From an uncultured Chroococcidiopsis sp. (lineage in GTDB: Bacteria; Cyanobacteriota; Cyanobacteriia; Cyanobacteriales; Chroococcidiopsidaceae): a stretch of 64,000 nt of DNA. The stretch covers positions 47,543-111,542 of the forward strand of contig CAXTYC010000018.1 in assembly GCA_964248365.1 (NCBI GenBank). Reading direction: 5' to 3'. A model generated the notes under the pieces. That model was not told the origin of the DNA, did no database searches, and saw only the letters and a program-made list of their open reading frames with translations. This document shows, piece after piece, positions 22,447 to 32,072 of this stretch. Every line of letters begins with the position of its first letter. The first letter of the stretch is position 1. The position numbers and the translations under genes were made by a program.

Positions 22447-22878
22447 TCAACAGCAAGTCAGAGAATATCTTGCACTTAAATGGTAATGGATGACAGCTTC
22501 TAGATCGTCTAGCATATACGGCTTGCTAACATAATCATCGCACCCTGCTAAAAATAAGCGATCGCGGTCTTCAAGTCGTGCTAAAGCAGTGACAGCAATG
22601 ACTGGAATAGTCATAGTTTGCGGGTTTTGCTTGAGTTGGCGCACTACTTCTATGCCACTAATATCCGGCAACATCACATCTAATAAAATTAAAGCTGGCT
22701 GTTGCTCTAGTGCTAAATTGAGAGCCTGTTGACCATAAGTAGCAGTTATGACTGAGCAGCTTAAAGGTGTGAGGACTTCCGTTAGTAGTAATAAATTGTC
22801 TTCATCATCGTCTACAGCTAAAACCAGAGGCTGATGAATAATTCTGGATTGCTGATTACTCTGAAGTATAAGTTCCAA
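22447..22878 (-). CDS. Single-domain response regulator (paralog)
   Basis: AVDDDEDN, LLDVMLP, AVTA and SKP motifs. Confidence 0.9.
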   Translation of the reverse strand: MELILQSNQQSRIIHQPLVLAVDDDEDNLLLLTEVLTPLSCSVITATYGQQALNLALEQQPALILLDVMLPDISGIEVVRQLKQNPQTMTIPVIAVTALARLEDRDRLFLAGCDDYVSKPYMLDDLEAVIHYHLSARYSLTCC

Positions 22879-22933
22879 TTCTAACCTCCGTTAAGGGATA
22901 GTCAAACAGTAATCTCCTCATCCCCAAAAAATA

Positions 22934-22984
22934 ACGAGGCATTCCTCAAGCGGCGGTAAAGGCACTTGTAATGGATTGGCTCGC
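22934..22984 (-). ncRNA. Candidate structured leader RNA, copy 2
   Basis: Same motif as copy 1; stem substitutions give G-U pairs on the minus strand. Confidence 0.5.
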
Positions 22985-23171
22985 AATTAACTCCTTGGCT
23001 AATGCTGGCGCACTAATAGGAAAAATAGCACCAGCGAAGTGCTATAAATTACATTCCCATGTAATTCTAACCAACATTCAGCCAAAAAGTGAAGTTTTTG
23101 TAAATTAATTACATAAGATTCCGGTCTATCTGAAGTTATCGTAAAGATACCCTAAATTACCTAGCTATGTC

Positions 23172-23187
23172 TGTATGCATCTTTACA
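23172..23187. promoter_or_regulatory. NtcA-type binding site
   Basis: TGTA-TGCATCTT-TACA matches GTA-N8-TAC; TATCTT (-10-like) lies 23 nt away on the minus strand. Confidence 0.55.
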
Positions 23188-23225
23188 AATATTAGCTTAA
23201 ACTTAAGCTTTTTTTAAGGAAATAA

Positions 23226-23292
23226 AAGGGAAAAGGGAAAAGGGTAAAGGGTAAAGGGTAAAGGGAAAAGGGTAAAGGGAAAAGGGTAAAGG
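23226..23292. repeat. STRR heptamer tract (AAGGGWA)n
   Basis: Tandem 7-mers; other tracts at ~24746-24920, 28618-28672, 30081-30150, 39241-39270 and 48414-48460. Confidence 0.9.
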
Positions 23293-23380
23293 ATACTTCG
23301 TAATTATATTGATCTCCCCATCGGACACTCTCCCCCTCCTCTTCTGGTTCCACTAGTCACTGATTAAGGAGGCATTATAC

Positions 23381-24745
23381 ATGGCGATCGCTACTATAAA
23401 TCCAGACTCTGGAGAAACGCTCAAGACGTTTGAACCACTGACCCAGTCAGAAATTGCCCAGAAGTTGGATTTGGCGCAAAGTGCCGAGAAGCAATACCGT
23501 CAGATTTCGATGGCGCAAAGATCCCAGTGGATGAATGCAACCGCTGATATTTTAGAGCAAGACAAAGAAAAATTTGGCAAGCTGATGACCTTGGAAATGG
23601 GGAAACCGCTAAAAAGCGCGATCGCAGAGGTAGAAAAATGCGCCTTGGTTTGTCGCTACTACGCCGATCACGCAGCAGAATTTCTGGCTGATGTGCCAGT
23701 AAAAACCGATGCAAGCCATAGCTTTATTCGCTACCAACCGTTGGGTATCGTCCTGGCGGTGATGCCTTGGAATTTTCCTTTTTGGCAAGTATTCCGTTTT
23801 GCCGCCCCAGCGCTGATGGCGGGTAATATGGGATTACTTAAACACTCTTCCAATGTGCCGCAGTGTGCCTTAGCAATTGAAGATATTTTTCAACAAGCAG
23901 GTTTCCCCGATGGAGTATTTCAAACTTTATTAGTAGGATCAGAGCAAGTCGCTGCCTTAATTGCAGATGAGAGAGTCAAAGCAGCAACTTTGACCGGAAG
24001 TGAACCTGCTGGCGCAAGTTTAGCCGCCGCCGCAGGGAAACAAATTAAGAAAACCGTTTTGGAATTGGGAGGAAGTGACCCGTTTATTGTCACAGCAAGC
24101 GCCGATTTAGAAGCAGCTGTGACAACAGCTGTTGCAGCACGGATGCTCAATAACGGACAATCTTGTATTGCGGCAAAACGGTTTATAGTAGAAGAGGCGA
24201 TCGCCGACGCTTTTGAAAAACAGCTAATCGAGAAATTTGAAAAACTCAAAATAGGCGATCCGATGCTTCCAGATACCGACATTGGACCACTCGCAACACC
24301 AGGTATTCTCAAGGATTTAGATCAGCAAGTCCAACAAAGTGTCAAGCTGGGAGCAAAAGTTTTGACTGGGGGACAACCTTTGTCACGTCCTGGTAACTTC
24401 TACCCGCCGACAATTCTTACCGATATTCCGGCTGGGAGTCCAGCCGAAAAGGAAGAATTTTTTGGACCTGTGGCGCTGTTGTTTCGGGTAGCGGATCTTG
24501 ATGCAGCCATAAAGCTGGCTAATGATTCACCATTTGGCTTAGGTGCAAGTGCGTGGACGACAGATGAAAAAGAACGCGATCGCCTAATTTCTGAAATAGA
24601 GGCAGGAGCAGTGTTTATCAATGGTATGGTCAAATCCGATCCCCGACTGCCGTTTGGTGGCATTAAGCGTTCTGGATATGGAAGAGAATTAGGAATACTC
24701 GGCATCCATGAGTTCGTTAATGTTAAAACGGTGTGGGTAAGGTAG
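23381..24745 (+). CDS. gabD: Succinate-semialdehyde dehydrogenase
   Basis: ALDH motifs PWNFP, LELGGSDP, GQSCIA and EEFFGP; adjacent to an ogdA-type gene. Confidence 0.9.
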   Translation: MAIATINPDSGETLKTFEPLTQSEIAQKLDLAQSAEKQYRQISMAQRSQWMNATADILEQDKEKFGKLMTLEMGKPLKSAIAEVEKCALVCRYYADHAAEFLADVPVKTDASHSFIRYQPLGIVLAVMPWNFPFWQVFRFAAPALMAGNMGLLKHSSNVPQCALAIEDIFQQAGFPDGVFQTLLVGSEQVAALIADERVKAATLTGSEPAGASLAAAAGKQIKKTVLELGGSDPFIVTASADLEAAVTTAVAARMLNNGQSCIAAKRFIVEEAIADAFEKQLIEKFEKLKIGDPMLPDTDIGPLATPGILKDLDQQVQQSVKLGAKVLTGGQPLSRPGNFYPPTILTDIPAGSPAEKEEFFGPVALLFRVADLDAAIKLANDSPFGLGASAWTTDEKERDRLISEIEAGAVFINGMVKSDPRLPFGGIKRSGYGRELGILGIHEFVNVKTVWVR

Positions 24746-24943
24746 GGACTAGGGGCTAGGGGCTAGGGGCTGGGGAAAGGGAAAAGGGAAAAGGGAAAAG
24801 GAAACAATTATCAATTATCAATTATCAATTATCAATTGTTCATTGTTCATTGTTCATTGCTCCCACTCTCCCCTGATTCCCACTCTCCCCCTCTCCCTAG
24901 CCCCTAGCCCCTAGCAAGCGCCCCTAGTTAAGGAGAAAGTTAA

Positions 24944-26587
24944 ATGAATACAGCGGAATTATTGGTGCAATGTCTGGAAAATGAAGGCGTACAATACATC
25001 TTTGGACTTCCAGGGGAAGAAAATCTGCACGTCTTGGAGGCGATCAAGAAGTCTTCGATTCAATTTATTACTACTCGTCATGAACAGGGTGCGGCATTCA
25101 TGGCTGATGTGTATGGGCGCTTAACTGGGAAAGCTGGGGTATGCCTTTCTACCTTGGGACCTGGTGCTACCAACTTGATGACGGGAGTGGCAGATGCTAA
25201 CTTAGATGGTGCGCCTCTGGTGGCAATTACCGGACAGGTGGGAACGGATCAAATGCATATTGAGGCACATCAGTACCTTGATTTAGTGGCGATGTTTGCG
25301 CCAGTAACGAAATGGAATACCCAGATTGTGCGACCGAGTAATACACCAGAAATTGTACGCAAAGCATTTAAGCGATCGCAAAGTGAAAAACCAGGCGCAG
25401 TTCACATCGATTTGCCAGAAAATATTGCTGCTATGCCAGCTGTGGGTAAACCACTAAGTACAGACAAGTTGGAAAAAACCTATGCTTCTTTTCAAAGTAT
25501 TAACGCCGCCGCCGCCGCCATATCCCAAGCGCAAAATCCTTTAATCTTAGTTGGCAATGGGGCAATTCGGGCAAATGCTAGTGATGCTGTTACCAAATTT
25601 GCTACCCAGTTGAATATTCCAGTAGCGAATACTTTTATGGGTAAAGGGGTGTTTCCCTACACTCATCCCCTAGCTTTGTGGGCAGTAGGATTACAACTAC
25701 GGGATTATATCAGTTGTGCTTTTGATCGTGCAGATTTGGTAATTGCGATTGGCTATGACTTGATTGAATATTCACCCAAACGGTGGAATCCTGACGGTAA
25801 GATTCCGATTGTTCATGTTGGTGTTAACCCAGCAGAAATTGATAGTAGCTATATTCCTATAGCTGAAGTATTGGGAGATATTTCTGATTCCCTAGAAGAA
25901 ATTTTAAACCGATCAGATAGACAGGGAAAACCCGATCCGTTTGCCTTGGAATTACGGGCAGATATTCGCGCTGATTATGAACAGTATACCCAAGATGATG
26001 GATTTCCGATTAAGCCGCAAAAACTTATTTATGACCTCAGACAGGTGATGGGACCAGAAGATATTGTAATTTCTGATGTCGGGGCGCATAAAATGTGGAT
26101 CGCCCGTCACTATCATTGCGATCGCCCCAATACTTGCCTGATTTCCAATGGTTTCGCTGCGATGGGCATTGCCATTCCAGGCGCGATCGCTGCCAAGCTA
26201 GTTCATCCAGAACGCAAAGTGGTGGCTGCAACTGGAGATGGTGGTTTTATGATGAATTGTCAGGAATTAGAAACGGCGTTGCGGGTTGGTACGCCGTTTG
26301 TCACGCTCATTTTCAATGATGGGGGTTACGGCTTAATTGAATGGAAGCAGCAAAATCAATTCGGTGAAGCATCTTTTGTCCATTTTGGCAACCCCGATTT
26401 TGTCAAATTAGCCTCAAGCATGGGGCTAAAAGGTTATCGAGTTGAATCGGCAGCCGACTTGATTCCCACGCTCAAAACCGCTTTAGCTCAAGATGTACCT
26501 GCCGTAATTGATTGCCCTGTAGACTACCGCGAAAATTACCGCTTTACCCAAAAAGCTGGTGATTTGAGTTGTAAGATGTGGCAGTAG
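24944..26587 (+). CDS. ogdA: ThDP-dependent 2-oxoglutarate decarboxylase (acetolactate synthase-like)
   Basis: FGLPGEEN, RHEQ, TLGPGATN and GDGGF motifs; pairing with SSADH is the known cyanobacterial TCA bypass. Confidence 0.8.
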   Translation: MNTAELLVQCLENEGVQYIFGLPGEENLHVLEAIKKSSIQFITTRHEQGAAFMADVYGRLTGKAGVCLSTLGPGATNLMTGVADANLDGAPLVAITGQVGTDQMHIEAHQYLDLVAMFAPVTKWNTQIVRPSNTPEIVRKAFKRSQSEKPGAVHIDLPENIAAMPAVGKPLSTDKLEKTYASFQSINAAAAAISQAQNPLILVGNGAIRANASDAVTKFATQLNIPVANTFMGKGVFPYTHPLALWAVGLQLRDYISCAFDRADLVIAIGYDLIEYSPKRWNPDGKIPIVHVGVNPAEIDSSYIPIAEVLGDISDSLEEILNRSDRQGKPDPFALELRADIRADYEQYTQDDGFPIKPQKLIYDLRQVMGPEDIVISDVGAHKMWIARHYHCDRPNTCLISNGFAAMGIAIPGAIAAKLVHPERKVVAATGDGGFMMNCQELETALRVGTPFVTLIFNDGGYGLIEWKQQNQFGEASFVHFGNPDFVKLASSMGLKGYRVESAADLIPTLKTALAQDVPAVIDCPVDYRENYRFTQKAGDLSCKMWQ

Positions 26588-26662
26588 AAGAGGGGCTAGG
26601 GGCTAGAGGCTAGGGGCTAGGGAACAAAGGACAAGGGGACAAGAAGACAATTAGCGCGCCAG

Positions 26663-27496
26663 CTAATTGCTAATTGTGCCATCGGGCATAATAGCTCCTT
26701 TGAGGGTGGCTCCGTATAAATTTGCTCGGTAAATGTCTGCACGGGTTAGTTTTGCCCGACAGATATTTGCCCCGCAAAGTTTTGCTGCAACCAAATTCGC
26801 CTCTTCTAAGTTAGCTTCAATCAGATTAGTCCTTTCTAAATTCGCCTTGTGCAAGTCTGCCCCCTGAAGGTTCGCCTGCATTAGCTTCGCCTCCAATAAA
26901 TCTGCTTCTTGGAGGTTGGCAGACGCTAAGTTAGCCTCCAGTAAATTCGTTCTGCGGATATTCGCTTGCATCAAGTTTGCCTCGACCAGATCTGCCTTGC
27001 TCAGATTCGCCTTGTACAAATCTGCTCCTTGCAGGTTCGCGTTTTGCAAACAGGCAAGCTGAAGGTTTGCTACCACAAGATCCGCCATGAAAAGCGTAGC
27101 CCCCTTAAGGTTAGCTTCTCTCAGGAAAGCTCCTCTAAGATCTGCACCGCTCAAATTGGCACGTTCAAGATTAACTCGGCTTAGGTTGGCAAGTTGCAGG
27201 TTTACTCCGCTCAGATTTACCCCTTTAAAATTTATATTGATTTTGGGATTCTGTTCCCGCCACTCATTCCAGACAGATACCCCTTGCCCCAGCACTTCTA
27301 AGTATTCAAGGTTCAGTTTCTCTTCAACAGGATTTGCTTGCTTGATTTCTCTTTGTTGCGTTTGGGCTGCCAGTAACCGTTCAATCACTGCTTGTAGTTC
27401 TAGCAATGAATCTCGGTCTAGCAAGGATGCTTCTTGAGTAATCGATTGTATAGTAAGTTGGATACTTGTTTTAGAAGTAATCTGCTTGCCGATCAT
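26663..27496 (-). CDS. Pentapeptide repeat protein
   Basis: A(N/D)LxxA repeats; WNEWR..NP and MPDG motifs. Confidence 0.9.
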   Translation of the reverse strand: MIGKQITSKTSIQLTIQSITQEASLLDRDSLLELQAVIERLLAAQTQQREIKQANPVEEKLNLEYLEVLGQGVSVWNEWREQNPKININFKGVNLSGVNLQLANLSRVNLERANLSGADLRGAFLREANLKGATLFMADLVVANLQLACLQNANLQGADLYKANLSKADLVEANLMQANIRRTNLLEANLASANLQEADLLEAKLMQANLQGADLHKANLERTNLIEANLEEANLVAAKLCGANICRAKLTRADIYRANLYGATLKGAIMPDGTISN

Positions 27497-27964
27497 ATTG
27501 TAGTAAAGAAGTGGTTGCTGATTTATTATGCCCAGAACCATTACCTCAATTATCTACAGCTTTTTAAAAAAGCCTTGTCACCCAACTTTTAGGGCTTCAA
27601 GAATGGCAGCACTTAACTAACTTTTTTATATCGCCTCACAGATAGGTTTATTATTTTAGCTTGCAATCTTCAATATAAAAGGCTATGGAGACGGACTAAC
27701 TACGTAATCATTAATACACAGTATTATTGAGGAGAAACAATATATAAAGTGAAAAAATATTATAATTTCTACCTGTGTTCTCGCCATTTGAATCGGTCTT
27801 GCATAAAGATATACAGCTAACTACACCATTCGATGAAAAAGCCTAGCCGCCAATACTTACGTATTGCTAATGCTAAGTAATGCAGAAAATACAAATCGAG
27901 TATTAGCTATAATTTAGCATTTATCCCGTTCGTAGTCAGTATTTATTTACTCCCTCAATTATTC

Positions 27965-28630
27965 ATGCACCATCATCATTCCCACGATCGCGTTCATAGC
28001 TGCGGTGACAGTGAAGGTAGTCACCGCCTGCATAAAGTTCGATTGCTATGGACTGCGTTAGTACTTGTTAGCTGCTTTTCTTTATCAGAACTAGCTGTAA
28101 GTTTCTGGAGTCATAGTTTAGCTCTGCAAGCCGAATCCGGTCATATGATTTGTGATAGTTTAGCTTTAGGGTTGTCTGTAATAGCCGCTTGGAGCGCCTC
28201 TTCTGGGTTTGATAAAGTTAGTTTTGGCGTTGTGCGCTTTGAAGTTCTTGCAGCATTAGTCAATGGGATTGGTTTAGTAGCGATCGCACTTTGGATCGCA
28301 ACCGAAGCGATCGCCCGTTTACAATCTCCTCCCGTCGAGATCTTAAGTTTACCAATGTTGATTACTGCGGTTCTAGGTTTAGGCGTAAACAGCATCAATG
28401 CCTTCTTACTCCACGATCACACTCACCATGACTTGAATATGCGGGGAGCTTTTCTCCATATCATGGCAGATGTAATCGGTTCAGTTGGGGTAATTCTGGC
28501 TGCGATCGCTGTTTGGCTAATGCACTGGTTTTGGGCAGACGGATTGATTAGCTTATTAGTGTCTGGGTTAATTTTCCTAAGTGCCATTCCTTTAATCACC
28601 CAAACCCTTAATGAAATTCGTAATTCGTAA
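27965..28630 (+). CDS. Cation diffusion facilitator (CzcD/ZitB-like), lacking the C-terminal domain
   Basis: His-rich N-terminus; SLALQAESGHM and NMRGAFLHIMAD motifs. Confidence 0.85.
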   Translation: MHHHHSHDRVHSCGDSEGSHRLHKVRLLWTALVLVSCFSLSELAVSFWSHSLALQAESGHMICDSLALGLSVIAAWSASSGFDKVSFGVVRFEVLAALVNGIGLVAIALWIATEAIARLQSPPVEILSLPMLITAVLGLGVNSINAFLLHDHTHHDLNMRGAFLHIMADVIGSVGVILAAIAVWLMHWFWADGLISLLVSGLIFLSAIPLITQTLNEIRNS

Positions 28631-28720
28631 TTCAAAATTCGTAACTGGTAACTGGTAACTGGTAATCGGTAATTGTCTCTATCTGCCCTTTTCCCTCTCC
28701 TTCCTCTAGCCTCTTTGCCC

Positions 28721-28978
28721 CTAGTTTTCTAGTTCGTCGCACAATGTTAATACTTGTGGATTACAACGTTTGATTACAACTATAATCCCTTGCGCTCCTT
28801 CGCCATCAAGATCTTCAACGTATCCAGGGTAGGCAACTTTCGCTTCATCAGAGGTTTGGAAAGGTCCAAAATAGTATTTACAACGCGGCTCAGTAGTAAT
28901 AATTTCTGCCCACCAAGCTGTCTTAAGTCCTGACATGAAGCCAATAGATAGCTGTTTGAGATTGTTGAGTATTTTCAT
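28721..28978 (-). CDS. DUF1816 family protein
   Basis: WWAEI.T.EPRCKYYFGPF motif. Confidence 0.9.
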   Translation of the reverse strand: MKILNNLKQLSIGFMSGLKTAWWAEIITTEPRCKYYFGPFQTSDEAKVAYPGYVEDLDGEGAQGIIVVIKRCNPQVLTLCDELEN

Positions 28979-29279
28979 AATGACTGAACAAATTATTCGC
29001 TATTTTTGCACCTTGCTTCTATCAAAAGACTTAAATTTTATATTAATAAAATTTTTGGTAGTTAGAAATACAAAAATTTTTAGATAAATTTGCTATCCAA
29101 GATATTTTTACCATTTTTACTAAAAAGATGGTGTTTTTTATTAATTAGATTTTAGCATAAACTAAAAATTTGGTAATCCTCAATAAAAGGGAATAGGGAC
29201 ACTCTTTACTATGATTATCTATTTGCTTGTCAAATATATCTGATAAACCCTTATTACAAAAGTAATGGAATTACGAATT

Positions 29280-30080
29280 ATGAAGGTTGCTACTTGGAAT
29301 GTCAACTCGATTCGCACTCGCCTTGTTCAGGTGGTGGATTGGTTGCGTCAAAATAGGGTGGATGTTTTATGTATGCAAGAAACCAAGGTGGTAGATGTAG
29401 ACTTTCCGCGATCGCCTTTTGAGCAACTGGGTTATCACGTTTACGTATCAGGACAAAAATCTTACAACGGTGTCGCCCTCCTTAGTAGTAAACCCCTGCA
29501 AGATATTACCACTGGCTTTACGCCAATCTTGGCAGGCAAAAGCAATATAGAGCCATCTTTATTGGATTTAGACGAGCAAAAGCGAGTAATCACGGGTGTA
29601 ATCGATAGCACTCGGATTGTCAATCTTTATGTTCCCAATGGTTCAGCTGTAGGGAGTGAGAAATACGAATATAAGTTGCAGTGGTTAAAGGTGCTGAGGG
29701 AATACTTGCGATCGCTATTGCTTTCATCTCCTGCTATGTGTGTATGCGGTGATTTCAACATTGCTCTAGAAGACCGAGATATTCACGATCCAGTTTCTCT
29801 CACAGGGAGTATTATGGCATCAGAGCAAGAGCGTCAAGCCTTAAGGGAAATTCTAGAATTAGGATTTGCTGATGCTTTTCGGAAATTTACTACCGAAGGA
29901 GGATACTATAGCTGGTGGGACTATCGAGCGGCAGCATTTCGCCGTAACTGCGGTTGGCGAATCGATCATCACTATCTCACCCGTGAACTTTACAACCAGG
30001 CAAACAATTGCATCATTGACCGATCTCCTAGAAAGTTGCCCAAGCCTAGCGATCATGCCCCAGTTATAGTTGAGTTTTAA
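29280..30080 (+). CDS. xth: Exodeoxyribonuclease III
   Basis: ATWNVNS, QETK, GDFN and SDHAP motifs. Confidence 0.95.
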   Translation: MKVATWNVNSIRTRLVQVVDWLRQNRVDVLCMQETKVVDVDFPRSPFEQLGYHVYVSGQKSYNGVALLSSKPLQDITTGFTPILAGKSNIEPSLLDLDEQKRVITGVIDSTRIVNLYVPNGSAVGSEKYEYKLQWLKVLREYLRSLLLSSPAMCVCGDFNIALEDRDIHDPVSLTGSIMASEQERQALREILELGFADAFRKFTTEGGYYSWWDYRAAAFRRNCGWRIDHHYLTRELYNQANNCIIDRSPRKLPKPSDHAPVIVEF

Positions 30081-30189
30081 CAGTTATCAGTTATCAGTTA
30101 CCAGTTACCAGTTATCAGTTACCAACTACCAACTACCAGTTATCAGTTATTTGCAACAATCTCGATCATCAACGGGGCTAATATAATAA

Positions 30190-30813
30190 GTGAGAAGACA
30201 AAAGCAAAGGCTAATTTTAACAGTTACTGCCCTCACAGTTATGAGTCTAACCTTTTTAGGCTCACCAATCAAAAGATGGGCTAATTCAACCCTTTTTGGC
30301 ATCCTTAGCGCTAATGCCCAACAAACAGTACCAATCGCCGTAAGCCGCGATGTGTGGAAGCAAGTTTATCAAAAGTTACCTAATTTGCCTCAAGAGAACA
30401 AGTACGTTAGTAGAGACACTGGGAAAGTCAATCCAGACAACACCCTAGTAAATCGCCTGATTCAATACCACCTCTACGTTAGAGGTCGTTCTCCTATTTA
30501 TCGGCTAGATTGGAAATTAACTCTAGCTGATTATCTAGGGGCAAACGAATTGATACAAGAAACTACTTATCCAGGGGCTAACACTTTACGAACAAATCCA
30601 CTCTTAGGCGATCGCGCTGCCATTACCCGCCTCAACCGTAAACAGCGAGACGCTTTGGTGCAAAGCCTTGTCAGTGTCTTTAATCCCAATTCCTCAGATA
30701 CAGCCACTGATACTCAAGCCCCACCCCAGCCATCTACCACACCCAGCAGCGTCCAGACAAGCCCAAGCTTTCCGCAGCCAAAACCTGGAGATGCCCGACT
30801 GTTGCAACCCTAG
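30190..30813 (+). CDS. Conserved cyanobacterial exported hypothetical protein
   Basis: Signal-like N-terminus; RLDWKLTLADYLG motif. Confidence 0.7.
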   Translation: MRRQKQRLILTVTALTVMSLTFLGSPIKRWANSTLFGILSANAQQTVPIAVSRDVWKQVYQKLPNLPQENKYVSRDTGKVNPDNTLVNRLIQYHLYVRGRSPIYRLDWKLTLADYLGANELIQETTYPGANTLRTNPLLGDRAAITRLNRKQRDALVQSLVSVFNPNSSDTATDTQAPPQPSTTPSSVQTSPSFPQPKPGDARLLQP

Positions 30814-30955
30814 CTAGGGGCTAAGGGCTAGGGGCGCTGGGGCGCTGGGGAAAGCAAAGGGGCTTTTGGGGGCATTCAGGGGCTTCAGGGAAATTACCCT
30901 TTACCCTTTTACCTTTTACCTTTTCCCTTTTACCTTTCACCAATTACCAATTACT

Positions 30956-31321
30956 ATGGAGCGTGTGGTTAAAAGTGGGGCTGGTTGGCGGCTTGGTTGG
31001 AATCCGAATGCTGCTGAATTTAAAGGCTTAGTAGGTGCAGATGATTGGGCGATTGAATTGACTGGGGCAGAGTTAGATGATTTTTGCCGCTTGTGTACAC
31101 AGCTAGTAGAAACAATGAATCAGCTAGCCAGTGAATTGATGGATGAGGAGAAAATAGCTATTGATGCCGAAAGCGGTTTAATGTGGATGGAAGTAGAAGG
31201 ATATGCTCATGCTTATAGCTTACGCTTGATTTTGAATACTGGGCGCTGTGCCGAGGTGAGTTGGTCATCTGATGCAGTTCCAGGTTTAGTTCAAGCTGCT
31301 CAAACGCTAACAGTTTTCTAA
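30956..31321 (+). CDS. DUF1818 family protein
   Basis: GWRLGW and GLVGADDWAIELT motifs; the upstream ORF extension is STRR. Confidence 0.85.
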   Translation: MERVVKSGAGWRLGWNPNAAEFKGLVGADDWAIELTGAELDDFCRLCTQLVETMNQLASELMDEEKIAIDAESGLMWMEVEGYAHAYSLRLILNTGRCAEVSWSSDAVPGLVQAAQTLTVF

Positions 31322-31369
31322 ATTTTGTGTGCGAGCGCACACAAATTATGCTAAGATAGAAATCATGAT

Positions 31370-31443
31370 CGGGGCGTAGCGCAGCTTGGTAGCGCGCCAC
31401 TTTGGGGTAGTGGAGGTCGTGGGTTCGAATCCCGCCGCTCCGA
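31370..31443 (+). tRNA. trnP: tRNA-Pro(GGG)
   Basis: Cloverleaf; CCACT/AGTGG anticodon stem, loop TTGGGGT, GTTCGAATC T-loop. Confidence 0.97.
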
Positions 31444-31787
31444 TTTACAGAAACCCTTACACGGTATGCTTTCCAGTCTATTGGTAGCATCCCTGTAACT
31501 AATGTGTTTCAAATTTGATAACTGCCTTCTTGAGTATGGTTTAAGTACAGGTTCCATTTTCATGCCGTAACAATTCTTAACCATCTTTCCGTCATTCTAG
31601 CCAGTTCGTTCAGCGCCCCAGCACTCCGGTCACTTTCTATCCGTGCAGCGATAATTGGTATTGGTGCGCCTCTCCCGCTTAGCATTACTTCCAGCAAAGC
31701 TAACCATGATTTTTGAGGTAACTCGGTCTTGTGGCTCATCAACCCGAATATTTAAGAAAATTTTACATTTTACAGATTAGTGTGACG

Positions 31788-32072
31788 CTAATCAAGTAAA
31801 GCTTTCAATTCTGCCCAGAGTTCTCTGGCTAGTTGCTTTCTAGGATTCTTAGAATAATTTATGCAGTAGGTCTTAGCATCCCATTTTTTCAACAGTCCCT
31901 GAAGCCTATCTTTCAACTGTGTATCATTGGCTGGCTTTGAGTCTAAAGCTTTAATTAGCTCTGGGAGCCTATCAGCTACACTGGCTGGGACACGAACAGT
32001 CTTTGTTTCTTCCCCAAACTTACCACCCCAGGGCTTTCTCCCAGCTCCTGGTCTATATCCGCCGCGTGGCAT
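31788..32072 (-). CDS. Small putative DNA-binding protein
   Basis: RGGYRPGAGRKP...TKTVRVP motif, typical of mobile-element proteins; GAGG before ATG. Confidence 0.65.
   Translation of the reverse strand: MPRGGYRPGAGRKPWGGKFGEETKTVRVPASVADRLPELIKALDSKPANDTQLKDRLQGLLKKWDAKTYCINYSKNPRKQLARELWAELKALLD

Noticed and set aside
23099..23113. Second NtcA site
   Set aside because: Spacing is GTA-N7-TAC, not N8
24944..26587. Biosynthetic acetolactate synthase ilvB
   Set aside because: PGEEN/TLGPG subtype, SSADH neighbour and no small subunit favour 2-oxoglutarate decarboxylase
31158..31490. 110-aa minus-strand ORF
   Set aside because: Antisense to tRNA-Pro and DUF1818
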